This document shows positions 53,993-64,000 of a stretch of DNA of 64,000 bases, in pieces. Position 1 is the stretch's first letter; the number at the start of each line of letters is the position of its first letter. Origin of the DNA: Geosiphon pyriformis uo1 (taxonomy: Eukaryota; Fungi; Glomeromycota). The notes below the pieces were generated by a model. It ran no database searches and was not told where the DNA came from. It worked only from the letters and a program-made list of their open reading frames with translations. The stretch spans positions 319,667-383,666 of the forward strand of contig JAAOMT010000275.1 in assembly GCA_016748015.1 (NCBI GenBank). Reading direction: 5' to 3'. The translations under genes and the position numbers were made by a program.

Positions 53993-54086
53993 AGTAGGTA
54001 GGCAAGTAGTAGGTAAGTAGGTAAGTAGGTAACTAAGTAGGTAACTAAGTAGGTAGGTAGGTAGGTAGGTAGGTAGGTAGGTAGGT
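53993..54086. repeat. (TAGG)n-type microsatellite
   Basis: Directly visible. Confidence 0.9.
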
Positions 54087-54909
54087 GAGTAATTTTCAAG
54101 CTGTGAATATGTCAATAATGAAAGGGCGGTAAATACTGAATCCAGGCCCCGTTAGGTCACATTTAATTGATTACATTTTTAAAAGTAAATAAATGTCCTC
54201 ATGATTTCAATTGAAATTAACATTAATTATTGAAATTCAATAGAGAGAATATTCTGGTGAACAATGATAATAATAACAATAATAATTAAACTTTTCGTCA
54301 AATCATCATTATTGAATAGAATATTAGAATCTTCTAATTTATAAGTCAATTAAAAATTCTACGATTTTGTAATGATGATGATTATATGATAATGATGATG
54401 ATTATATGATGATGATGATGTTTAATGTTTAATGTTTAATGTTGATGTTGGTGTTGATTTATTGGAATTCTTTTTTGAGCTTTTCAATGAAAGACTTTAA
54501 AATAATAAATTTGGTGAATTTTGATTATCTTTTAAACATTTTGAAAAAGTGCCTCATTTTTTTTTTTCATGCAAACAATACTGTATTTCCGAAAAATTTT
54601 TGAGTATGATAAAATTACTTTTTTATTTTATTTGTCGTTATCATAAACTTCAAAAAAGGTAATCAATTAAAAAAACTCCTCCTCGTAAGACCAATATGAA
54701 TTTATATTAAAGTGTAAATCAATGCATATTTTTGTTTTATTCTTTTTTTCCTACGCGTGGCACTTGTTTTTTTTTTTACACTTCAATCAGACAGACAATT
54801 TATAATTGTAACCTAAAACGTTAATTATCCTGTTTTTTAAAATTTTAATTATCTAATTCTAACAAGTTTTACAAAACTAGAATTAATTTGGACATTTTTC
54901 AATAAAATC

Positions 54910-54991
<82 letters not shown>

Positions 54992-55030
54992 GTAATTATT
55001 ATTATTATTATTATTATTATTGTAATTATT

Positions 55031-55068
<38 letters not shown>

Positions 55069-55100
55069 ATTATTATTATTATTATTATTATTATATTATT

Positions 55101-55135
<35 letters not shown>
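54910..55135. repeat. (TAT)n microsatellite, ~225 bp
   Basis: Directly visible. Confidence 0.95.
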
Positions 55136-55136
<1 letters not shown>

Positions 55137-55699
55137 TTATTTTTAAACTACTTTATACTATCCTTATTCGGGTTTAGATTTTGGATTCCGATTTCAACCC
55201 TCTAATTTAACCCCCATCCCATAACTAAATAGCCGATTCCACACTTTTTTTTTGATTAAAAAATCTTAAAAATTGTTACCTCTTTCATTATCGCAACTCA
55301 TATGACCTTACCTGAATTACCATTTCAGTTACGACCCGCCCCCACCACATAGAATCAAATTTTTTTTTTAAAGAGTTCAATGGTTAACATGGAGAAATGG
55401 GTATTAATCACTACATAAATCGTTTTGCATAGCCCGTGTACAACAACATCATCAGTCATGACATTATTTAAATAACACAAATAAATCAAAAAACTTACCT
55501 GCTGATGATTATTTAAGATATCCTTAAAAATTTTGACAGAAAACCGATTCCGGATTGTTCTTATTTTGGTTAGTAGGGTAAATCAGGCGACAATAAATAG
55601 GTACATTTAAGTTAACCATAATAGATAAATTAGGTATTGATTAATTTTTAGTATTTGATCATCAGAAAACTACTTTAATAATACTAAAAACCCAATAAT

Positions 55700-55748
<49 letters not shown>

Positions 55749-56177
55749 GTAATGACTAGAGAATAATTAATAATACCAGTTATTAACTTGCTACCAGTAA
55801 TTTGAGAGATTTTTTTAAAGTTTAAATACAAATTACTCGTTCAATCAAAGCTTTCAACAATGTGATTGATTTCCCGAGATTCTAAATAGATAGTGTGAAA
55901 ATGATAGGCTACAAAGTTACTTTAGTTATAGTAGATTAAATATGTGTAACCAATTAGGTTTTTATATCTATTGATAAATATGTGTGTGTGTGTGTGTGTT
56001 AATTATTAATAATTCCGGTGATAATCATGCCGCCGGAAGTTATGCCGCCGCTTGGACCATCCATCATAATCAATGATGCCTGCATGATACAAAAGAAATT
56101 TCAGCTTTTTTTGCTATTTGATCAAAAAAAACCAGGCAAAAAAAAAAGATGTTCTATAAAGAACTATATACTATTAC

Positions 56178-56212
<35 letters not shown>

Positions 56213-56220
56213 CTCATTTA

Positions 56221-56260
<40 letters not shown>

Positions 56261-56804
56261 CTCATTTAATTATTTTTTTATAAATATGAAATGATCGATC
56301 TCATTCCAATCAAAAGATTAAAAATTTTTTTTTAATATGAACATAACACAACATAGAATTTTCTCAAAAAAATGGGGAGAAAAAAAGCTCGAATTCAAAT
56401 TTTAGTATTTAAATGATATAATTTTTAAAAAAAGTAAAAAAAAAATGTATTTTATTTTTAATGATAAAAAAAATCATTTAATTAGGATTTTTAAAAAAAA
56501 AAAGAAATAAAACACTAAATAAATAAAATTATATATAAATTAAAATTGGATTATTTTAAAATAGTGGGGGGAATACATTATCTTGAAAATTTTCAGTTTT
56601 TTTTTCCATATTTTACATTTTTGGTATTTTAAACGTTTTTTTCCCATTTAACATTTCAGGTAACTTGCATTTTTTTTTTTTTAATCTTTTTATTCGGTAG
56701 GTCATCTGTTACCCTCGTAAACATTTTTTAACAATTAATTGTTTATGAATGGTGTGAATTTTGTTTTTAAAAATTCTCTTTGTATGTTTATTCTGTATTT
56801 TCCG

Positions 56805-56890
56805 CTGTTACTGCTACTGGTGCTACTACTGTTACTATTACTGCTACTATTGCTACTATTACTGCTGCTGCTACTTGCTGCTGCTGCTGC

Positions 56891-56955
<65 letters not shown>

Positions 56956-56988
56956 ACTCCTTATTCTTCTTCTTCTTTTTCTTCTTCT
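56805..56988. repeat. Compound (CTA/CTG)n-(CTGTTG)n-(TTC)n microsatellite
   Basis: Directly visible; source of the poly-L, poly-C and AV ORFs. Confidence 0.9.
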
Positions 56989-57048
56989 TAACGGAATAAA
57001 CGAAAATCTTTTTGAAATAGTTTCAGCTGAGCTGTCAAAAAAATTCAC

Positions 57049-57545
57049 CTTTTGTTTAAAATATCGTAGAATGGTCTGGTTACAATCTACAAATTTTATC
57101 TCCCCTTCTTCTTCAAATATGCCAACAACTGTTCATCTGTAAAACATAAAAATATGTGAATCCCCAATTTTGGAAATTAAAAAAATTTAAAACAACAATA
57201 AAGATTTTTTTATTATCTAAAACACTTTACCTGCAAAGCTTATTATCAGGTGATAAATTAATCAATTCTTCAAGCCTGGTTAATTAATTAAATGTGATTG
57301 GTTCATCAAAACAGCGATACATGTGATATACCAGGATTTGTTTCTTTTTTATCCTGAAAGTCTTTGCCATTTCAGCTTTACGCCCAAAAACTTCTCATAC
57401 GAACTTTTCGTGATCCCATTTAATGTCAACTTTTTCAAATATGCATGCATGCATGCATCACATCCTCCAGTATCCCACGGTACAAAGGCGCTAAAGTAAT
57501 CCCTTCGAAATGGCAAAACACAAATCATAATAGGAATCTTTAATT
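57049..57545 (-). pseudogene. Spliced pseudogene, possibly Sen15-like (tRNA-splicing-endonuclease-type fold)
   Basis: One frame continues across a GT-AG intron (57230-57137): CIFEKVDIKWDHEKFV*EVFGRKAEMAKTFRIKKKQILVYHMYRCFDEPITFN*LTRLEELINLSPDNKLCR*TVVGIFEEEGEIKFVDCNQTILRYFKQK, with DSYYDLCFA upstream. The family call rests on pattern resemblance only. Confidence 0.45.
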
Positions 57546-58451
57546 TTTTAGGCTTTTCTTAATGCATATTGGCTGAAAGTTTTTTCGGCTAGATCCTACA
57601 CTAAACTTGTTAAGAATCGACTGATCCTACGCTAAAAAATTGTTGATCATAATTTTAGAAATGGGGATTGTGCTGCTAAATTTTGATATTGGCAAAAAAT
57701 TGACGGATGGCTGAGAGCGGGAGGGAGGGAGAAAGGGAGGAAGAGAGCAGGGGCAGAAGCATAATTAGGACGGCTGCCATGCATTAAAAATAAACTGAAG
57801 TTTTGTACAAATTCTGCGATACCTTGTAAACACCAATCTTTCTACATTTACTTTTATAAAATAGTTTCGTAATATATATACATAATAGACCTTCTGACAA
57901 CTATGATTCTTCTTCGTTTTCGATAGTTAGAGGTCAATGGGGGGGGGGAGGGGGAAGGGGGGAGACCAATCGATTTGAAATGTCAATATTATTTAATTTT
58001 AATTGCTAGTACAAAAATTATAAAATTTCACCTAATGACATTGAAGTTTTGATCATAGGTTTTCGGTGCTCAAGGGGGCTTTGAATGAATAATTAGCCAA
58101 AAACAAAAAAAAAAAATGTACAACCTATTATCACATTTTTTCCTATCAAAAATTAGGTATAGGTAACACAACCTAAATTTTGTAAAAATTCCATTATATA
58201 TATAAAATTAAAGTTAGGGAGAAATAAAATTTTCTGGGGAGATGAATGGGGAAAATATTCATGGGATAATGATTTTTATAAAAATATATATGCCGAAAGT
58301 TAGAACATTTAAAAATAAATAAATTGAATAATGGATCTGCTTTTAAATTCCCCTAATCCTTTTGTGTGTAATCGGGCCAAAAGTTAGTACGAATAAGAAT
58401 AAATTTATCTACATGATTATGATTATGATTATGATTATGATTATGATTATG

Positions 58452-58507
<56 letters not shown>

Positions 58508-60670
58508 GATGATGATGAAGTTTTGCTGCTGATGATTCACAGCGCGTGCCGCAAATATTCACTCCTGCCACGAGTATCCCACGCGATTCCCGCATTGAAC
58601 TGAGATGATGATAGTTTGATGATGATAATGATGATAATGATGCATTGATGATTGATGACGAACAATGGTCTTGGCACAATAGCTTACGTGGAGCCCCATT
58701 CTAAAGTAGCCTAGCAAGCTTTTTGTGAAAAATATTGAGCCTATAGATAAATGAATTTCAATGCAGGGTGCACACATACACACATACACAAAATATCCCC
58801 ACATAACAACATTAACGCTAATTTAAACACTACACACATTTTTTACTGTAACCAAATACCCAAAATAAATAATACAGGTTATGAAATGGTCCTACCAAAG
58901 ATAAGCAATTTGTTTTATACTTTTTATATAGTTTGTTTTGTGTTTTTGCCATGATCATGAAAGTTTGGCACCAAGAAATCCCGATGAAATCGTGAATATC
59001 ATCATCATCATCATCATCACCGTCACCTTTATGATTTGAGGGGCAACAAAAAGTATTTGTGATCTTTTTTTTTAAAGATTATCATGAATCAAAATAACAA
59101 TGGCGGGAATTTTTCTCTCTTTTCTTTTTGAAAAATTTTCATCTTTCTGAGAAAAAAAAACCACTAATACTTACTACTAATACTACTACTACTACTACTA
59201 ATACTACTACTAAAATAGAAATGGTTGAAATTACTTCTTTTTTTTTTTTCGTAAACTTAATTTTATCAAGAATATGTTAATTTACTGACTAAATAAGCTT
59301 AATAACCATTTTTAATAAAAGGCTTAAAATTCAATTTTCATTGATGGCGTCTTTGTTTATTTTTTGTGTGGCCAGATAAACATCTAATTTTACAGGTTCG
59401 GTTTCAATTGATAAGAATAAGAATAGTTTTTTTGATTGACTTATCAATTTATTTGGACATGTAGACGGCAATGGTTTTTGGTAAAAAAAAAAGAAAAAGA
59501 AAAAGAAAATATGTCTGATATTTTATTTTATTTTTTCATTTATTTTCATTTATTTTTTCATTTATTGTCACATTTAGAGATGAAGGGTAAGGACGAGAAC
59601 GATGAAAGCAATTAACAATGAATGGTAAATCATGGTTATATAAGAAAGTATTTTAATCCATACATTATATTGCATTTCAAAGGATCTCACCTTGTTTTTC
59701 AAAAAGAGTTAACAGATCATAGTAAAATTAACAATCTCGTTCAGTGATTTTTACACAAAGACGATTGAAATTTTGAAAATGACATTTTAAAAAAAAAAAT
59801 TCATCGGATTAAATCTCATTCAAACAAAAAGTGACAGAAAACCGAAACAAACATTTAAAAAACTGTCGACAACACAATTATTAAAATGAATGAATGAATG
59901 TATGAATTAATGAATGAATGAATGAATCAAGGAGATCAAGGATTTATAATTTGAAATATTCTGAAACTTTTTCGGTAACAATTACAATATATTAAGTAAA
60001 TTGTTTTTTTAAAATTATTATGGTAACATCGAAAAAAAATTGTTTTACATTCCCGCGACCTTTGTGCTCATAAATTTTTAAGAATCCAATCGGTTTTTAC
60101 AAATGTTTCAAATTCTGGGCCTATTAGTGCGTACATTATGTCGATTTACAATGATAATTGATGCACGATATAAAAAGGCATGATGAATTTATGCTGTTTT
60201 TGATTGATACTATTTAAATTCTTTATTCATTGATCTCCCATTGACCAGCCTTTATAATATCCGTTATCAACTGATGCTGCTGCTGCTGCTGCTGCTGCTG
60301 TTAAACTGAAAAACGGAGAACCTGATAATTTTTTGTATAGGTATATCATTTACTTGTGATTCACAATTATCAAAAACGGAATGACTTGAAAAAAAAAAAA
60401 AAAAGATTGAGAGTTCCAGACTCTGAATTAAAAATTGTGATCAAAATTTTCTAATTTTTATTAATGAACCAATTTCAGCTTAGATACGTTCCCAAGAGTT
60501 AGATTCATTTTTTATTTTTATTTTTATTTTTTTTACTGACTACCTTTTCACCCCGAAAGATGAGCCCGAGCTAGATGATTGATGAGTGAGAAATTCAATC
60601 AATATCAAAAATATCATCATTTTCCATACTCGTCTATATATGATCACTTATGACTTCTTTATATCATGAT

Positions 60671-60734
<64 letters not shown>

Positions 60735-61756
60735 GATAAAGTCATGGTGCCCAGCAGAACCCAAAAATATGCAGGCTGGTTATGCTCTCCCTCTTTCCCT
60801 CTTCCTTTTTCCTCTTCCTCTTCCTCTTTCTCTTTCTCTTTCTCTTTCTTTTTCTCTTTCTCTTTCTTTGCACCCAGTCGTCTACGAAATTTAATAAAGA
60901 TTCGAGGACCAATCAATGATCAACACCTCCTTTGTGTACCTAGCTTTATTATTGTGTTTCTGTGTTTGGTCGACTAAAAGAACAATAGGATATGCATACC
61001 CTATTATCCCAACTTTCGTCCCATCAGATATACTGATCTACTTGATTATAATCAGTTATTGAGAGTCACGCAGCAAAAAATCGGTCACGACTGGAAAATG
61101 CTAATAATATATGAGTGGGTAGAGGTTGGAACAAAGTCTAAAAATTTCCAAAAAAGTAGCTTTCCTCCCCCTAATCGTCACATTCTTGGTCCCTGCTGTC
61201 GCCAATTTTGCAGCTTTTGCAGCTCTTCTAATCTTGGCCATCCAAAGAGAGTTGGTTGCGAAAAGCGCGCGCAATATTGAAGGGAATAATTAATTACATC
61301 ATTTTCACGCGATTTCATAAAGTCCTTCCACGAGCTCTGCTTGAAACATATGAGTTTACATTAATCATCATCTGCAAAAACAATTAGGCGCACGTTCTTT
61401 GCGGTTTTTCCAAAATTGTCCAATCTTCAAACAAATTTTCGGTTCTTTGTAAAGGTCGGGATTACCCGTTTAAATATGAAGTACAGTTCCATACAGAATT
61501 GTTCAGGGCAGGGTATTGAAAAAGAATCTCTGAATCATGAGTCAAACTCGGAATGATGGTATGATTTTCGGAAATCTCGATCCCAAAAGTTATAAAGGAA
61601 AGGTGATAAAAATCGCCTGTTCTATTTTAAAAACTTTTTCTGTTTAAACTAAATGCTATCTTTCTATTATCAAATTGGTAGTTTATCTTTAATAGTATTT
61701 TCAAAATGTTTTTCGATTTGTCATGCAGGAAATATAAAGATTTTTTTTGAAAAACA

Positions 61757-61793
<37 letters not shown>

Positions 61794-63340
61794 TATAATT
61801 ATTTGTATTTTTTTTTAGCATGAATAACAAAAAGGTAAATGTTTGTACACTAGTAATATATTATTCGGTTAAACGATATAAAACTAAAAGCATAATCTTA
61901 AATTTGATTGGAAAATTTTTAAATTTTATAATATTGAAAATATTATAAAAAAAACAACATATACATATATAAACAAAGTAAAAAAAAAAATTTTTTTTTT
62001 TAATACAATATGTATAATCATTGATTAGATAAATTAATTATTAATAAACAAAAAAATTTTTAATCATTATATTAAATAATTTATAATGATTATAAGAAAA
62101 TAAAATAATCATAATTAAATAAGAATACTAAAAAATATTGTATTTTTTTTTTATTTTAGTTTGTTTGTTTGTATATTATTGTTTAAATTTTTGATATATA
62201 TATATAATATATAATTTATTTATCATATTATTATTATTATTATTATTATTATTTTTATTTTTAAAAATATGTAAATGTTAAGTTAAATGTAATATATAAA
62301 TTATTTTTTTGATAAAAAAGTTTATAAAAGAATTTTTTCAAAAAAGTCAAAAAAAAAAATTTAAATTCAATCATTCAATCATTCAATCATTTAAATTAGG
62401 AAATAGTGAATAATCATATATTCCCATCATTTTGGTCAAAAAAAGCAAGAAAACAAAAAAGCAAGAAAACAAAAAATCTTTGCTTTTAATAATTTTCCGA
62501 AATCGTTTTCAATGCTTTAACCGATTTTTTTGATTCAAAAAAAGAACAATGTAAATTAACAAATTTGCAAATAAATTTAGAAAATTTTATTTGCATGAAT
62601 ATAAATTATGTCAAAATAACTATTAAAAAAAAAACCCCCCCAAAAAAACCAAAAAAAAAAAACTTTAAAACTTTAAAAATATTATGCTTTTTCTTTTTAT
62701 CAATACACACATATATACGTCTATCTATGTTTATATATACAAATGTGTATGTGTGTGTGTATATATATATATGTATGTGTATATATATATGTATGTGTAT
62801 ATATATATATCTATGTGTATATATATGTGTGTGTGTATATATATATATGTGTTTATATATTTATTTTTATATACTTTTTAGATTAATGATAAACCCATTT
62901 CTTTTTTAATTTTGTAACCTAATTTTGAGATAATCAATAAATAAAAAAAATTTGTAACTATTGAAAGCGTCACACATCCCAGATTAAGTAGGATGATTGT
63001 ATCCAGATTGAGGAAAAAAGATTTTCGTAAAATAAACAAAATCCCGAATTTAGTAATTTATTCTTGGCAAACTTTCGTTTGACAATGGATGTTCGAGGAA
63101 CTTTTCACACGCAAACAATGATCTTACATTTTATTGGACACATTAGATGAATGACTGACTTTGACTAAAACATAACAGAATGGCTAATGTCTATTTATAG
63201 GTTTGTGGCGTGGAAAATCAAGAAACCCTAATTTTTACAATTTTTTTTTTTTAAGGAAAGGATGACCCATATTTTGGGGTAAAAAAATGAGTACGACACC
63301 ATAGCATTTAAAATACGAGGCGGGTTTTTATCTAGTTACT

Positions 63341-63342
<2 letters not shown>

Positions 63343-63395
<53 letters not shown>

Positions 63396-63405
63396 CAACA
63401 ACAAC

Positions 63406-63452
<47 letters not shown>

Positions 63453-63458
63453 CAACAA
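63343..63458. repeat. (AAT/AAC)n microsatellite
   Basis: Directly visible. Confidence 0.95.
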
Positions 63459-64000
63459 TTAATAAAAAGTTGGGAAACAAAAAAATTCATTCATTCATTC
63501 ATTCAACCGAAATGAATCGAGAAAAAATTTTGTGTGTACCAGAAAAACCAAAATTTTCTAAAAAATCCTAACCCCCTTCCCCCTTTTTTTCTAAAAACTA
63601 GGTATGCGGAATAATGAAAAATCACACCAGCTTAATTCGGAACAAAATCCATGTACATACGTAATTTTTTAATATGATGGCATTACAGATAATTCCCATA
63701 TTTTGAAGTTAGTTCAAACTGCGAACGATAATATGGTGTTTGAGTGAGTGTGTGAGATACAATGAATAATTAACCAAAAAAAAATAACCAAAAAAAAAAA
63801 TAACCAGATATGTTTAACATTTTAATGCAGTCTCAATGAGATCGCAATTTTTTGAAGGTACAAAAAAAGAAAAAAGGGAGGGAAAAAAGACTGACACAAT
63901 TCACAGAGTAGCAAAAGTGGGTAAGCGGATTAAATGACTAAATTTGATAAAATCATTTTAAAAAAAAAAAAAAAAAAGAGTTTTTTTTTTTTTTTTTTTA

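Noticed and set aside
55491-55505. ACTTACCTG resembling the U1 snRNA 5' end
   Set aside because: No U1 stem-loops or Sm site follow; better explained as a minus-strand splice donor.
56739-57142. Overlapping plus-strand poly-Leu, poly-Cys and AV ORFs
   Set aside because: Microsatellite artefacts; the coding-like signal here is on the minus strand upstream of 57049.
57133-57397. Stop-codon readthrough or A-to-I editing restoring the Sen15-like frame
   Set aside because: The stops are of mixed types and sit in a window full of C>T/G>A damage, so pseudogenisation is simpler. Only RNA data could revive this idea.

Overview
Very AT-rich, intron-containing eukaryotic DNA. The repeat and gene families look like Glomeromycota fungal sequence, possibly Geosiphon or another Archaeosporales species; this is inferred from recalled family resemblance, not a search. 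Bases 1-24.9 kb are a nest of dead Ty3/Gypsy LTR retrotransposons that can be resolved from LTR ends and 4-bp target-site duplications (TSDs). It holds two full-length elements (313-12303 +; 13521-24370 -), the interrupted 5' LTR and PBS of a third, three solo LTRs, one truncated LTR and an older gag relic. Both full elements share an unusual layout: extended Gag, protease, a large Cys-rich domain, dUTPase, RT, RNase H, integrase and a conserved non-Env ORF3. Both are riddled with C>T/G>A changes. The remaining 39 kb has one intact 4-exon gene (about 462 aa, C-terminal PB1 domain) and a membrane-protein pseudogene. It also has a young 1.46-kb TIR element (161-bp TIRs, TA TSD) carrying an intron-containing USP-like protease fragment, several degenerate multi-exon relics (one Sen15-like, one weakly kinase-like), many microsatellites and a 20-N gap. 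No rRNA, tRNA or CRISPR was recognised.
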